Source of the DNA: an uncultured Clostridia bacterium
GTDB lineage: Bacteria > Bacillota > Clostridia > TANB77 > CAG-508
Direction of reading: 5' to 3'
NCBI GenBank assembly: GCA_963558405.1
Contig: CAUWGC010000006.1
Location: forward strand, 23,489 to 87,488
DNA: 64,000 bases
In this document: in pieces, positions 51,570-63,508 of the stretch
Layout: every line of letters begins with the position of its first letter
How positions within the stretch are numbered: the first letter of the stretch is position 1
Position numbers and translations under genes: made by a program
The notes under the pieces: model-generated
Seen by the model: the letters and a program-made list of their open reading frames with translations, nothing else
Told to the model about the DNA's origin: nothing
Databases searched by the model: none

Positions 51570-53165
51570 TTAACCTCTATATACAGTTTTCCCATCTTTT
51601 ATTGTTTCTAAAACTTTTATATCTCTTATTTTTTCTTTTTTTACCTTACAAGGATTTTTATCTAAAATCACAAAATCTGCTATTTTTCCTTCTTCTATAG
51701 TACCTTTTTTATTTTCTTCAAAATATTGATATGCTGCATTTTTAGTTATTGCTTTTAAAGCATCATATACCTCTACACACTCTTCTTCTCCTATTTTTTT
51801 ACCTTCTTTTGTAATTCTATTTACACTGCAATATATAGTTTCTAACATGTTTGGTTCTATAACTGGAGAGTCTTGATGAAAAGTATAAATAATTCCTAAA
51901 TCTTTTGCAGTTTTTACAGGACTTATTTTTTCTGCTCTTAATCCTAAATTCTTTTTATGAATATCTCCCCAATAATACGTATGTGCTACAAAAAAAGATG
52001 GTATCATTTTTAATTTTTTTATTCTTTCTAATTGTTCTTTTGTTACTGTCTGTGCATGAATCATTACAGGTCTTGACTCTTTTACTTTATTTACATCTTG
52101 CTTTTCATAAATTTTAATTATTTGTTCTGATGCGCTATCTCCATTACAATGTGTAAGTAATTGTAAATTAGTTTTTAAACTTTCTTTTACCGCTTCTTCT
52201 ACCTCTTCATCTGAATGAGTAGGATATCCTCTATATTCTTTTTCTCCCTCATAAGGTTTACTCATCCATGCAGTTTTGCCTTGTGGAGAACCATCTAAAA
52301 TTAATTTATATCCTCCTAATTTTAAATGATTATTATATTTTTTTACATACTCCGAATTACTATTTATAATATCTTTATTTTGCATTATTTCTACATATCC
52401 TACAACATCTAAAAATAAACTTTCTCTATCTGATGCTGTTTTTAACATATTCCATTCATTTTTTTTAATTAAACCATCTTGAACTGTAGTTATTCCATTT
52501 TTTGCATATTCTTTTTGTGCTTCTTTTATTAATTTAACAATCTTTTCATCATCCATTTTTAAAACACTAGCACCATATTGTTGAAAAGCTGTTTCTTCTA
52601 AATATCCATTTAATTCTCCATTTTCAAATTTTCCTATAATACCACCTTCAGGATTTTTAGTTTCTTTTGACAATTTCATTTTTTCTAATCCTAACGAATT
52701 AGTAACTCCCATGTGTCCTGAAACATGTGCTATTAAAACAGGATTTTCATTTAATATATCTAAATCTAATTTATTAGGATGTCTTTGTTCTTTTAAAAAG
52801 TTGTTATCATATCCAAAACCTATAATCCATTCTCCTTTAGTAATATTTCTTTCTTTTTTATAATTTTTTAAAGCTTCTACAAGTTCTTTCATAGTATTAA
52901 CTTCTTTTAAACTTACTAGCCCCAATGTTTGTGCTAAAGCTGTAATATGGCTGTGGCTATCTATAAATCCTGGTAATATTGTTTTTCCCTCTAAATCTTT
53001 ATAGTGTATTTCTTCATTGTATTTTTTTGCTATTTCTTCTATTTCTTTTACTGTTCCTATTTTTTCAATTTTACCATCCTTTACTAATATACATTCTGCT
53101 TTCTCTTCTTCTAATTTTTCTTTTGACATTGTAATAATGTCTCCATTTTTATAAATTGTTAACAT
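51570..53165 (-). CDS. Amidohydrolase (YtcJ-like)
   Basis: PGFIDSHSH, DGSPQGKTA, HCNGD, GTIEEGKIADFVIL. Confidence 0.85.
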   Translation of the reverse strand: MLTIYKNGDIITMSKEKLEEEKAECILVKDGKIEKIGTVKEIEEIAKKYNEEIHYKDLEGKTILPGFIDSHSHITALAQTLGLVSLKEVNTMKELVEALKNYKKERNITKGEWIIGFGYDNNFLKEQRHPNKLDLDILNENPVLIAHVSGHMGVTNSLGLEKMKLSKETKNPEGGIIGKFENGELNGYLEETAFQQYGASVLKMDDEKIVKLIKEAQKEYAKNGITTVQDGLIKKNEWNMLKTASDRESLFLDVVGYVEIMQNKDIINSNSEYVKKYNNHLKLGGYKLILDGSPQGKTAWMSKPYEGEKEYRGYPTHSDEEVEEAVKESLKTNLQLLTHCNGDSASEQIIKIYEKQDVNKVKESRPVMIHAQTVTKEQLERIKKLKMIPSFFVAHTYYWGDIHKKNLGLRAEKISPVKTAKDLGIIYTFHQDSPVIEPNMLETIYCSVNRITKEGKKIGEEECVEVYDALKAITKNAAYQYFEENKKGTIEEGKIADFVILDKNPCKVKKEKIRDIKVLETIKDGKTVYRG

Positions 53166-53184
53166 ATACTATTCCTTTCACAAT

Positions 53185-55158
53185 TTATTTTCCACTTTCT
53201 TTAATAATGCCCTCTCTATATGCTGTTAATAGCATTTTTAAATCATCAATTTCTGCTTTTAGTTTTTTTCCTATATCAGTATCTGATACAGATTTTCTTT
53301 TAGTTTCTTTTTCATTAACCATAATATCATATTTAATATCTATTTCTTCCTTAATTGCTATATCTTTTGTATCAAATGGTTCATTTGCAGAAAGAATAAG
53401 ACCATGTGAATTGTATGTTAAAGTATAACCTGCTCTTCCGGTTTGCTTTCTATAGCTTTTTGCAAATCCTCCATCTATTACAAGCAATTTTCCATTAGCT
53501 CTAATTGGACTTTCTCCATCTTTCTCTTTTACTGGCACATGTCCATTAATTATATGAGATTCTGGACCACTTACTCCAAACTCTTCTAAAATTTTATTAC
53601 ATATTTCTTCCTTTTCTATTAATGAATAATAAGAATTTTTCTTTTCTTTATGAGTTTCTTTTTCTTCTATAAAATATCTTTCAAAAGTAGCTGCTTTGTC
53701 TTTTCCAAATAGTGGTGATTTAGCTCCACACCATAAGTAAAACATTATATCTTTAACATTTTCTGTTTCTTTAGTATCTTCTTTATCAAAGTATGCTCTT
53801 CTTACTAAAGATTCTAAATAATCTAAATAATTTTTTCCTTTTAGAGTTTTTCCCATTATACATACTTTCATAAAGTTTCCGTCTTCTTCCATAGGAACAC
53901 ATCCATGAAATAACAAATTTGAATTAAATCTGTTATATATTGATCCCTTTTGGTATAAAAATTTTATATGAGTATTTAGTATTTCACTACGTCTAAATGA
54001 ATCTTTTAAACGTTCTACCACTTCTTTTTCTTCATCTGTTAGTTCATATGGATTTTCTTTATTTACTGTAGGAAAATTTTTATCTAATAAATGGTACGTA
54101 TTTGTTCCTATTGAAATTGTTCCATTTTCTAAATTCATTTTATCCAATAATAATCTATCTTCCATTTCATATTCTGGATGTTTTTTTATAATTTGACCCT
54201 CTATTTTAAATTGAATTATGGAAATTGCTTTATGAATTTTAGCAATCGCCTTTTTATCTGTATCAGAATATTTATTATATTCATATACTTTTGGTAAAAA
54301 TTCTGTACATGGATCATCTTTATATGTTTCCATAGCAAAAACAGAAAGTGGTCTAATATTAATTCCATATCCTTCTTCCAAAGTATCTATATTATCATAA
54401 CGACTACAAATACGAACTACATTTGAAATACAAGCTTCATTTCCACATGCTGCTCCCATCCATAAAATATCGTGGTTTCCCCACTCAATATCTAAGCTAT
54501 GAAACTTTATTAAAGTATCCATTACTTCTTTTGCATTAGAACCTCTATCATAAATATCTCCAATTATATGCAAATGGTCTATTGCCATTCTTTTTATTAA
54601 ATTTGAAAGAGCTATAATAAATTCATCTGCACGTTTTAAATCTATAATAGACTGAATTATTTGATGATAGTATTTTTCTTTGTCAACATCTGATGTACTA
54701 TTATGTAACAATTCCTCTATAACATAATCAAATCCCTTTGGTAATGCTTTTCTAACTTTAGAACGTGTATATTTAGAACTTACTTCCCTTGCAACTTCTA
54801 TTAAACGATATAGAATAATATTATACCATTCTTCTGTATTTTCTTTTTCCTTTTTTATTAATGCTAATTTTTCTTCTGGATAGTAAATTAAAGTAGCCAA
54901 TGTTTTTCTTTCTTTTTCTGTTAATTTATCTTTATATATTTTTTCAATCTTACTTTTTATAATTCCTGAACCATTATTTAAAATATGCGAAAAAGAACCA
55001 TATTCTCCATGGATATCACTTAAAAAAAGCTCTGTTCCTTTAGGTAAATTTAAAATTGCTTGTAAATTAATAATTTCTTCTGAAACTTCTTCTATATTTC
55101 TATATTTCTTACTCAATAATTGTAAATATTTTTTTACACCAAAGTTTACTTCTTCCAA
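53185..55158 (-). CDS. fbp: Fructose-1,6-bisphosphatase class III
   Basis: LNLPKGTE.FLSDIHGE, GDIYDRG, WGNHD, NGHVPVK, IDGGF; TTG start inferred from RBS. Confidence 0.93.
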   Translation of the reverse strand: MEEVNFGVKKYLQLLSKKYRNIEEVSEEIINLQAILNLPKGTELFLSDIHGEYGSFSHILNNGSGIIKSKIEKIYKDKLTEKERKTLATLIYYPEEKLALIKKEKENTEEWYNIILYRLIEVAREVSSKYTRSKVRKALPKGFDYVIEELLHNSTSDVDKEKYYHQIIQSIIDLKRADEFIIALSNLIKRMAIDHLHIIGDIYDRGSNAKEVMDTLIKFHSLDIEWGNHDILWMGAACGNEACISNVVRICSRYDNIDTLEEGYGINIRPLSVFAMETYKDDPCTEFLPKVYEYNKYSDTDKKAIAKIHKAISIIQFKIEGQIIKKHPEYEMEDRLLLDKMNLENGTISIGTNTYHLLDKNFPTVNKENPYELTDEEKEVVERLKDSFRRSEILNTHIKFLYQKGSIYNRFNSNLLFHGCVPMEEDGNFMKVCIMGKTLKGKNYLDYLESLVRRAYFDKEDTKETENVKDIMFYLWCGAKSPLFGKDKAATFERYFIEEKETHKEKKNSYYSLIEKEEICNKILEEFGVSGPESHIINGHVPVKEKDGESPIRANGKLLVIDGGFAKSYRKQTGRAGYTLTYNSHGLILSANEPFDTKDIAIKEEIDIKYDIMVNEKETKRKSVSDTDIGKKLKAEIDDLKMLLTAYREGIIKESGK

Positions 55159-55346
55159 AAAAACACCTCTTTCTTTTTTATTATTATATCTCATTTTTTT
55201 ATATTTTACTATAAAATTAATTTTTATTTAATTTTTTAGTATGTTTTTTATTTTTTTAATTATACTATCAGTAAAATTTTACTTATGTATTTCTGTAAAT
55301 ATATACTCGTCAATGCTATATTAAAACAAAGAAATGAGGTGTTTTT

Positions 55347-55670
55347 ATGGCAATAGATTATTATTTAATGGGTGAAAGATTAAAAAAAGCAAGAGTTTCT
55401 AAGAACATTACACAGGAAGAATTAGCTGAAAAACTAAATGTTTCTGTTGCATTTTTAAGCAGAGTAGAAAGAGGAAGTTCTAATTTCAATCTAAAAAGAA
55501 TAGAACAAGTTTGTAATGTATTAGGTATTACAGAAGCTGAAATAATAAATGGTACATCTAAAAATTCGTCTAATTATTTATCAGATGATTTTTCTGAATT
55601 ATTAAAAAACTGTTCTCCAGAAAAGCAAAAACTTATTTACGATGTTGCCAAAGTAATTAGTAAAAGTTAA
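55347..55670 (+). CDS. XRE-family HTH regulator
   Basis: ITQEELAEKLNVSVAFLSRVERG. Confidence 0.85.
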   Translation: MAIDYYLMGERLKKARVSKNITQEELAEKLNVSVAFLSRVERGSSNFNLKRIEQVCNVLGITEAEIINGTSKNSSNYLSDDFSELLKNCSPEKQKLIYDVAKVISKS

Positions 55671-55875
55671 ATGTAAGTAAAGATGGATAAAATTTGCAAG
55701 TAAATTATACATTGTAAATTTTTTCATCTTTATTTACATTTTTATAAAATTGTTGATAATCTTATGAATTTGTGATATTATATTAAGTGTTGTACATTAT
55801 GTACTAATTACAAATTTGTTATCTTTCTTTTTAAAAAGTTTGATATACAAAAAAATATTTTTAAGGAGGCAAAAT

Positions 55876-58113
55876 ATGAATTTTAAACAATGGAATGGTT
55901 TTAATCTTACAGGAGAATGGACAAAAGAAATTGATGTTAGAGGCTTTATTCAAAGTAACTATACACCATATACTGGTGATGACACTTTTTTAGCAGGACC
56001 TACTGATAAAACAAAAAAATTATGGGATAAAGTTTTAAAATTATTTGAAGAAGAAAGAAAAAACGGTGGGGTTTTAGATGCTGATTGTAAAACACCTTCA
56101 GCAGTTAATGCTTATGAAGCCGGATATGTAGATAAAGATTTAGAAGAAATTGTTGGTTTTCAAACAGATGCACCTTTAAAAAGAGCAATTATGCCAAATG
56201 GTGGTATTCGTATAGTAGAAAAATCTGCTGATAGTTATGGATATTCTGTTGATGAAAACATTAAATATATTTATCATAATTTAAGAAAAACACATAATGA
56301 TGGTGTTTTCGAAGTATATACTCCAGATATTAGAGCAGCAAGAAGTTCTCACTTAATAACAGGTCTTCCAGATGGTTATGGACGTGGAAGAATTATTGGT
56401 GATTACAGAAGAGTAGCATTATACGGTGTAGATGCTTTAATTGCTGAAAAGAAACAAGAATTAGAAGTTTATGATGTAGATGAATTTACAGAAGAAATTA
56501 TTCGCAATCGTGAAGAAATAATGGATCAAATAAAAGCACTAGAAGATTTAAAGAAAATGGCTGAAAAATATGGATTTGATATTTCTGTTCCAGCATCTAA
56601 TGCAAAAGAAGCTGTTCAATGGTTATATTTTGCATATTTAGGAGCAATTAAAGATCAAAACGGTGCTGCAATGAGCTTAGGTAGAACATCTACTTTCTTA
56701 GATATATATATTCAAAGAGATTTAGAAAATGGTACTATAACAGAAGAAATAGCACAAGAACTAATTGACCAATTTGTTATGAAATTAAGAATGGTAAGAT
56801 TCTTAAGAGCACCAGAATATAATGCTTTATTTAGTGGAGACCCTGTATGGGTAACAGAAAGCATTGGAGGTATGGGAATTGATGGTAGAACATTAGTTAC
56901 CAAAAACTCTTACCGTATGCTTCATACATTAGTTAATTTAGGACCTGCTCCAGAACCAAACTTAACTGTTCTTTGGTCTAAAAATTTACCAGAAAACTTT
57001 AAAAGATACTGTGCAAATATTTCTATTAAAACATCTTCTATCCAATATGAAAATGATGATTTAATGAGAATCACTTTAGGAGATGATTATGGTATTGCAT
57101 GCTGTGTATCTGCAATGAAAATTGGTAAACAAATGCAATTCTTTGGTGCAAGAGCAAACCTTGCAAAAGCACTATTATATGCAATTAATGGTGGTGCAGA
57201 CGAAAATTCTGGAAAGCAAATTACACCTAAATTTGCTCCAATTACTTCTGAATACTTAAATTATGATGAAGTAATGGAAAAATTTGATAACATGATGGAA
57301 TATGTTGCAAAAATTTATATTAAAGCTCTAAATGCTATTCATTATATGCATGACAAATATTCATATGAAGCATTAGAAATGGCTTTACATGATAGAGAAA
57401 TTTTAAGAACAATGGCTTGTGGTATAGCAGGACTTTCTGTAGTTGCTGACTCTTTATCTGCTATTAAATATGCTAAAGTAAAAGTAATACGTAATGAAGC
57501 AGGTCTTGCAGTTGATTATAGCGTTGAAGGTGACTTCCCTAAATACGGAAATGATGATGACCGTGTAGATGATATTGCTGTTGAAGTTGTTAAATCATTT
57601 ATGAGAAAGTTACAAAAACATCATACTTATAGAGGTTCAAAACAAACTCTATCTATTCTTACAATTACTTCTAACGTAGTATATGGTAAAAATACTGGTA
57701 ATACACCAGATGGAAGACGTGCTGGAGAACCTTTTGGACCAGGTGCAAACCCACTTCATGGAAGAGATACAAGCGGAGCTTTAGCTGTTATGAATACTAT
57801 TGCTAAACTTCCATACGAATATTCAGAAGATGGTATATCTTATACATTCTCTATTACACCAGGAACATTAGGAAAAGATGATGAAACAAAAACTACAAAC
57901 CTAGTAAATATGTTAAATGGATATTTTGAACAAACAGGACATCATATTAATGTTAACGTATTTGATCGTAGCTTACTAGAAGATGCAATGGAACACCCTG
58001 AAAAATATCCTCAACTTACTATTCGTGTTTCTGGATATGCTGTAAACTTTGTAAAATTAACAAGAGAACAACAATTAGATGTTATTCACAGAACAATTCA
58101 TGAAAGAATCTAA
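55876..58113 (+). CDS. pflB: Pyruvate formate-lyase
   Basis: IACCVS active site; IRVSGYAV glycyl-radical motif. Confidence 0.97.
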   Translation: MNFKQWNGFNLTGEWTKEIDVRGFIQSNYTPYTGDDTFLAGPTDKTKKLWDKVLKLFEEERKNGGVLDADCKTPSAVNAYEAGYVDKDLEEIVGFQTDAPLKRAIMPNGGIRIVEKSADSYGYSVDENIKYIYHNLRKTHNDGVFEVYTPDIRAARSSHLITGLPDGYGRGRIIGDYRRVALYGVDALIAEKKQELEVYDVDEFTEEIIRNREEIMDQIKALEDLKKMAEKYGFDISVPASNAKEAVQWLYFAYLGAIKDQNGAAMSLGRTSTFLDIYIQRDLENGTITEEIAQELIDQFVMKLRMVRFLRAPEYNALFSGDPVWVTESIGGMGIDGRTLVTKNSYRMLHTLVNLGPAPEPNLTVLWSKNLPENFKRYCANISIKTSSIQYENDDLMRITLGDDYGIACCVSAMKIGKQMQFFGARANLAKALLYAINGGADENSGKQITPKFAPITSEYLNYDEVMEKFDNMMEYVAKIYIKALNAIHYMHDKYSYEALEMALHDREILRTMACGIAGLSVVADSLSAIKYAKVKVIRNEAGLAVDYSVEGDFPKYGNDDDRVDDIAVEVVKSFMRKLQKHHTYRGSKQTLSILTITSNVVYGKNTGNTPDGRRAGEPFGPGANPLHGRDTSGALAVMNTIAKLPYEYSEDGISYTFSITPGTLGKDDETKTTNLVNMLNGYFEQTGHHINVNVFDRSLLEDAMEHPEKYPQLTIRVSGYAVNFVKLTREQQLDVIHRTIHERI

Positions 58114-58145
58114 TAAATATTTTAACTGTATAATATCTAAATATA

Positions 58146-58177
58146 AAAAGTAGGATAGCATTTTTGCTCCTACTTTT
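58146..58177 (+). terminator. Hairpin between pflB and pflA
   Basis: AAAAGTAGGA...TCCTACTTTT. Confidence 0.65.
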
Positions 58178-58215
58178 TAACTACTATTTAAAAAATTATA
58201 AAAGGAGATTTCAAA

Positions 58216-58974
58216 ATGGAAAAAAACATAGACTTAAGCAAACAAGAATTTAATCGTAACACAATGGCTAGAATCCACTCTTTTGAATCATTTGGAACTG
58301 TAGATGGTCCAGGTATACGCTTTGTTCTATTTATGCAAGGATGTCATTTACGTTGTAAATATTGCCATAATAGAGATACTTGGGATTGCAATTCTGGTGC
58401 AGTTTATACTGTAGATGAAGTTTTAGCAAAAATTTTACGCTACAAAAATTATATTTTACCATCTGGAGGAGGAGTTACTGCAACAGGTGGAGAACCACTT
58501 TTACAATTTCCTTTTTTAATTAATTTATTCAAAAAATTAAAAAAAGAAGGAATTCCTACTGCAATAGATACATCTGGAATGTTTGATATTACTGATTCTT
58601 TAAAAGAATTAATTGATTTAACAGATTTATTTTTATTAGATATAAAACATATTGATAGTCAAAAATGTAAAGATTTGGTTGGATTTTCAAATGATAAAGA
58701 ACTTGCTTTTGCAAAATACTTAAGTGATAATAACAAAAAAATGTGGATTAGACAAGTTTTAGTTCCTGGAATTACAGACTTAGAAGAAGATTTAGTTAAA
58801 TTAAAAAATTTTCTATCTACATTAAAAACTGTAGAAAAAGTGGAAATTCTTCCTTATCATAGTATGGGAGAATTTAAGTGGAAAGAGCTAGGATATACTT
58901 ATGAGTTAGAAGGAATTAAAGATGCAACAAACGATGATGTTTTACGAGCTAAAAAGATTTTAGGTATTATATAA
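58216..58974 (+). CDS. pflA: PFL-activating enzyme (radical SAM)
   Basis: GTVDGPG, CHLRCKYCHN, TGGEP. Confidence 0.95.
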   Translation: MEKNIDLSKQEFNRNTMARIHSFESFGTVDGPGIRFVLFMQGCHLRCKYCHNRDTWDCNSGAVYTVDEVLAKILRYKNYILPSGGGVTATGGEPLLQFPFLINLFKKLKKEGIPTAIDTSGMFDITDSLKELIDLTDLFLLDIKHIDSQKCKDLVGFSNDKELAFAKYLSDNNKKMWIRQVLVPGITDLEEDLVKLKNFLSTLKTVEKVEILPYHSMGEFKWKELGYTYELEGIKDATNDDVLRAKKILGII

Positions 58975-59001
58975 TAAAAATCTATCATTTTGCTATACAA
59001 T

Positions 59002-59039
59002 AAAAAACGTTTCTTAATTAGATTAAAGAAACGTTTTTT
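59002..59039. terminator. Bidirectional terminator
   Basis: AAAAAACGTTTCTT...AAGAAACGTTTTTT. Confidence 0.7.
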
Positions 59040-59042
59040 ATT

Positions 59043-59888
59043 TTAATATTCTTTTATTTTATCTTTTAACATAAATGATAAAAAATAAATAATTCCAGAA
59101 ATTATAACAATCATTGGACCTGTTGGTATATTATAATAATAAGAAATAATTAATCCCATAATTCCTGAAAACGTAGCAAATATAACAGAAAATAAATGAT
59201 AGCTTCTCATATTTCTTGTAATATTTCTACTAGATGCTGCTGGTAAAATAAGTAAAGAATTAATGAGTAATATCCCAATCCAACGAATTGATAACATTAC
59301 AACTATAGCTATAATAATAACAAATAAGTTATCAATTAATTTTACATTAATTCCCTTACTTTTAGCTAAAGTTTCATTAATACTTACACAATTAAGTTTA
59401 TTAAATGAATAATACCAAAATAATAAAATTACAATAACAGCAATAAATAAAACAACAATCTCATTCCAAGTAATACTTAATACATCACCTACTAAGTAGC
59501 TAGAATATTTTGTAAAATTTCCACTATTAGATAAAATAGCAAGTCCAACAGCAATAGCTACAGAAGAAAACACACTAATAATTGTATCTGCTCCATAGCT
59601 TGTTTTTTGCTTTACAATATTTAATGCTACTGCAAATATGATTGCAAATATAATCATTGAAATATTATTGTTAGCAATTCCAAAAATAGTTCCTATGGCA
59701 ATTCCTGTAAGAGCACTATGACCTAATGCATCTGAAAAAAAGGCCATTTTATTATTTACTATCATTGTTCCTAATATTGCAAAAATTGGTGATATTAATA
59801 ATATTGCAAGGAAAGCATTTTTCATAAAACTATAACTCATAAATTCAAACGGTAATATGACATCTAATATTTGATATATTATCTCCAT
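59043..59888 (-). CDS. Zn/Mn ABC transporter permease
   Basis: MAFFSDALGHSAL, IGILLINSLLILPA. Confidence 0.88.
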   Translation of the reverse strand: MEIIYQILDVILPFEFMSYSFMKNAFLAILLISPIFAILGTMIVNNKMAFFSDALGHSALTGIAIGTIFGIANNNISMIIFAIIFAVALNIVKQKTSYGADTIISVFSSVAIAVGLAILSNSGNFTKYSSYLVGDVLSITWNEIVVLFIAVIVILLFWYYSFNKLNCVSINETLAKSKGINVKLIDNLFVIIIAIVVMLSIRWIGILLINSLLILPAASSRNITRNMRSYHLFSVIFATFSGIMGLIISYYYNIPTGPMIVIISGIIYFLSFMLKDKIKEY

Positions 59889-59913
59889 TTTTACTATCTC
59901 CTTTGCTGCTTTT

Positions 59914-60639
59914 TTACATTGTCCCAAATACAGATTTAAATTCTTTACTATTATACACTACTTCAGCTGTTCCCTCTTTTATAATTTCTTTATCTAATAA
60001 TATAACTTTATCTGCATATTTTTTTACTAATTCTAAATCGTGTGACACTAGAATAATAGACAAATCTTTTTCGCTTTTTAATTTATTTACTATTTCATAA
60101 AAAGTCTTTATACCATTTTTGTCAATTCCAGAAACAGGTTCATCCAAAATTAAAAGGTTAGGTAACGGATTAGTTGCAATAGTAAGTAACACTCTTTGTA
60201 ATTCTCCTCCTGATAAATTTCCTAAACTTTTGTCAATCAATTTATCCGCTCCAAATACTTTTAATTGTTCTTTTATTTTTGAATATATTCTTTTGTCTTT
60301 TTTTATCCATATTGGTTTATAAGTCATAAAAGAAGCACATAAATCATATACAGTAGTTGGCATATGTTTTTCTATATTAATTTTTTGAGGTACATAACCT
60401 ATACGAATATTTTTAGTTTTATTATCAGACATATCTACAAATGTAATATTTCCTTCATGCTTTATCTCTCCTAATATTGCTTTTAAAAGAGTAGTTTTTC
60501 CTGCACCATTTCTTCCTATAATAACAGTTAACTCTCCACAATGAATATGAATATTTACATTTTTTAAAATTTCTTGTTTTCCAATTTTTACAGAAATATT
60601 ATTTATTTTAGTACAATGTAATCCACATGCTTTTTCCAC
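59914..60639 (-). CDS. Zn/Mn ABC transporter ATPase
   Basis: GRNGAGKTT, LSGGELQR, LDEP. Confidence 0.9.
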   Translation of the reverse strand: MEKACGLHCTKINNISVKIGKQEILKNVNIHIHCGELTVIIGRNGAGKTTLLKAILGEIKHEGNITFVDMSDNKTKNIRIGYVPQKINIEKHMPTTVYDLCASFMTYKPIWIKKDKRIYSKIKEQLKVFGADKLIDKSLGNLSGGELQRVLLTIATNPLPNLLILDEPVSGIDKNGIKTFYEIVNKLKSEKDLSIILVSHDLELVKKYADKVILLDKEIIKEGTAEVVYNSKEFKSVFGTM

Positions 60640-60658
60640 TTATTTTCCCCTTTTCCAC

Positions 60659-61558
60659 TTATTCTTCTCCTAATAAAATTCTATAATTTCCTTTTAAGGC
60701 ATGTATATAACTTTCTTTACTAAGACTTCCTGTTAACCCAGAATCCAATTTATAAATACTTGCACCAGTTTCCCTTTGTATTGTTTCTGCATTTTTTGTA
60801 TCATCATTTTTGTCTATAATAATATATTTTATATTTTTTTCTTTTATTTGGTTAACTAACTCTCTTAACATTTCTGCAGACATAGTACTTTCCTCATGAT
60901 TAGTTTTAACTGTAATAAAGTCCATCCCTAACTCTTTTCCTAAATATTCAAATGATTCATTTAAGCAAATAGCTGACTTACCTCTTAAAGTTTCTAATTT
61001 AGTACTATATTCTTTTTTTACATTATTTATTGATGCAATATAGTTTTCAGCATTTTTTAAATATATTTCTTTATTTTCTGGATTTAACTCTCCTAATTTA
61101 TTAGCAATTACTTCTACCTGTTTTATATAATTTTTGGTACTTGTCCAAATATGTGGGTTTGTACTATCATTTTCTTTTATTAAATCGGTTATTCCTTCAC
61201 TAGAATCTATAACATTAATATTTTTATTGTTTTCCAAAATTTTTTCTATAAAGCTTTCTAACCCCAATCCATTAATAATAAATGCATTTGCATCTTGTAC
61301 TTTTTTTAAATCTTCTGTCCTTAATGTATAATCATGAATACATCCAACATTAGTATCGGCCATATTACTTAACTCTATATTTTGCGCACCTGTAGTTAAA
61401 TTTAACAACATAATATATACAGGATAAAAAGATGTTACTATTTTAAAATTATCATTTTGGTTATCTTTTTTTTGACAACCGGTTAAAAATAAAACTGCAA
61501 TTAAAAGCAGTAAAACAACACTAATTATTTTTATTAATTTATTTCTCATACAAATCAC
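60659..61558 (-). CDS. Zn/Mn ABC transporter substrate-binding lipoprotein
   Basis: Lipobox LTGC; TSFYP, HDY, NPHIW. Confidence 0.87.
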   Translation of the reverse strand: MICMRNKLIKIISVVLLLLIAVLFLTGCQKKDNQNDNFKIVTSFYPVYIMLLNLTTGAQNIELSNMADTNVGCIHDYTLRTEDLKKVQDANAFIINGLGLESFIEKILENNKNINVIDSSEGITDLIKENDSTNPHIWTSTKNYIKQVEVIANKLGELNPENKEIYLKNAENYIASINNVKKEYSTKLETLRGKSAICLNESFEYLGKELGMDFITVKTNHEESTMSAEMLRELVNQIKEKNIKYIIIDKNDDTKNAETIQRETGASIYKLDSGLTGSLSKESYIHALKGNYRILLGEE

Positions 61559-61626
61559 TCTTCCTACGTTACTATAATACCATGTTTTATGGAAATTATC
61601 AAGTAAAAATTGAAGTGCAATATAGT

Positions 61627-61698
61627 AGTGTCAAAAGGGACATACCTTATTGACATAGATTATAACTTATTTCAATAAGGTACGTCCCTTTTGACACT
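61627..61698. repeat. Long intergenic inverted repeat (27-bp arms, 1 mismatch)
   Basis: AGTGTCAAAAGGGACATACCTTATTGA-18 nt-TCAATAAGGTACGTCCCTTTTGACACT. Confidence 0.9.
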
Positions 61699-61704
61699 TT
61701 TTTC

Positions 61705-62556
61705 TCATTCAAGTATTTTTTTAATTTCAGTTAAATTTTGCATTGCACATTGATAACCATATTTGTAGCACATATCTAATTTATCTGTATCTAATAATCC
61801 AGTTTTATCTGTATATACTTCTAATAAAAAGTCACTTTTTTCTAAGCTTTCTTCTGATATTTTGCTTCCCATAATATCTAATGTTTTCATCATTATATCC
61901 ATAATATTACTATCTTCTTTTATTGGATCACTTCTAAATTTTACCGCAATTACTTTATCTGCTCCTTGTTTTTTTACTTCATGTACAGGTACATTATCTA
62001 ATGCCCCTCCATCCATAAATCGATGTTCTTTATATTCGCATGGGCAAAAAACTGCTGGAAAACTGCTACTAGAAACTATAGCTTTTCCTATTTCAATATC
62101 TGTAATATATTGCTCTTTATTTTCATTTATTGGTATGTAATTAGTAAAAACATATTCTTTTGAATCCATTATATCTACCGTTGGAATTACCAAAGGCATT
62201 TTTATCTGATTGATTATTCTTATCCCCTTTTTTCTTGCCAGCATATTAAAAGTTTTTTCTAAACTTTCGCCTGATTTTAATCCTGTTAATGATATTTTTT
62301 TGTTTGACATCAAAGAACCTATACCAGATATTATTATATTTGTATTAATTTGTGCTAATTCTTTTGCATATTTTTTAAATAATATATAAATATAGTATGG
62401 TGAATATCCCATTGCATATAATCCAGCAATTAGACTTCCTGCACTTGTTCCTCCTATAATATCTATTTTTATACCATTATCTTCTAAAGCTTTTAATACA
62501 CCTGCATGAGCAATTCCTCTAATTCCTCCACCCGATAAAGCAATTCCTAATTTCAT
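61705..62556 (-). CDS. Patatin-like phospholipase
   Basis: GGGIRG, GTSAG, DGG. Confidence 0.9.
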   Translation of the reverse strand: MKLGIALSGGGIRGIAHAGVLKALEDNGIKIDIIGGTSAGSLIAGLYAMGYSPYYIYILFKKYAKELAQINTNIIISGIGSLMSNKKISLTGLKSGESLEKTFNMLARKKGIRIINQIKMPLVIPTVDIMDSKEYVFTNYIPINENKEQYITDIEIGKAIVSSSSFPAVFCPCEYKEHRFMDGGALDNVPVHEVKKQGADKVIAVKFRSDPIKEDSNIMDIMMKTLDIMGSKISEESLEKSDFLLEVYTDKTGLLDTDKLDMCYKYGYQCAMQNLTEIKKILE

Positions 62557-62678
62557 AATATAAATCTCCTTCTTTTATTTATATTATTCACATTTATATT
62601 ATGTTTAAACAAATTATATAGTTCCTTTTTATATAAAAACCTTTGCAACATCTACACAATTGCTTTATTATGTGCACA

Positions 62679-62712
62679 AAAAAATTCAGTTCGGCTCTTG
62701 AACTGAATTTTT
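62679..62712 (-). terminator. Terminator after rpsR
   Basis: AAAAATTCAGTTC-GGCTCTT-GAACTGAATTTTT. Confidence 0.75.
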
Positions 62713-62719
62713 ATTTTTA

Positions 62720-63001
62720 TTAATTTTCAGAGTATGGAAGTACAGCAATATGTCTTGCTCTTTTTACTGCTGTTGTAATATCTCTTTGATGTTTTGCACA
62801 TGCTCCAGTTGCTCTTCTTGGTAATATTTTACCTTTATCATTAATAAATTTTCTTAATTGTTCTGCATTTTTATAATCTAATACTAAATCTTTATTTGCA
62901 CACATAGGACATACTTTTTTTCTCATTTTTCTAAATTTTGGATTGTAGTCCTCATCATTATTTCTGTTATTTCTTCTATTATTTTGTTTTTTGTCTGCCA
63001 T
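62720..63001 (-). CDS. rpsR: 30S ribosomal protein S18
   Basis: CPMC, DYKN, GKILPRR.TG.CAKHQR. Confidence 0.97.
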   Translation of the reverse strand: MADKKQNNRRNNRNNDEDYNPKFRKMRKKVCPMCANKDLVLDYKNAEQLRKFINDKGKILPRRATGACAKHQRDITTAVKRARHIAVLPYSEN

Positions 63002-63024
63002 TATTTTTCCCCCCTTTTTATGTT

Positions 63025-63447
63025 TTAAAATGGTAAGTCATCACTAGGAGTTACTTCAAAGTCTGAACCAATACTTGTAGCTGGCATACTTCCAAAGTTA
63101 TTATCAAAACTTCCCTCTCCTGCATCTCTTCTGCTATCTGCAAAATATGCTTCTTCTGCTACAACTTCTGTAACATAATGTTTTGTACCTTGGTCATCAT
63201 CCCAAGTTCTAGTTTGAAGTCTTCCAATAATTCCTACTTGTTGACCTTTTTTAAAATATTTGCTACAAAATTCCCCTAATTTACTCCAAGCAACAATATT
63301 AAAAAAATCCGCTTGTCTTTCTTGGCCCTGTGCTGCAAATCTTCTATTTACAGCTAAAGAGAATGATGCAACTAATGTATTATTTGTTTGTGTGTATCTT
63401 ACTTCTGGGTCTCTTGTTAATCTTCCCATTAATATTACTTTATTCAT
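63025..63447 (-). CDS. ssb: Single-stranded DNA-binding protein
   Basis: [15 protein letters not shown]...DDLPF. Confidence 0.97.
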   Translation of the reverse strand: MNKVILMGRLTRDPEVRYTQTNNTLVASFSLAVNRRFAAQGQERQADFFNIVAWSKLGEFCSKYFKKGQQVGIIGRLQTRTWDDDQGTKHYVTEVVAEEAYFADSRRDAGEGSFDNNFGSMPATSIGSDFEVTPSDDLPF

Positions 63448-63508
63448 ATTATCTTCCTTTCTACCTAAAAAATTTTAGGCTAACAAATGGGCCCCCAACA
63501 TATGTATT

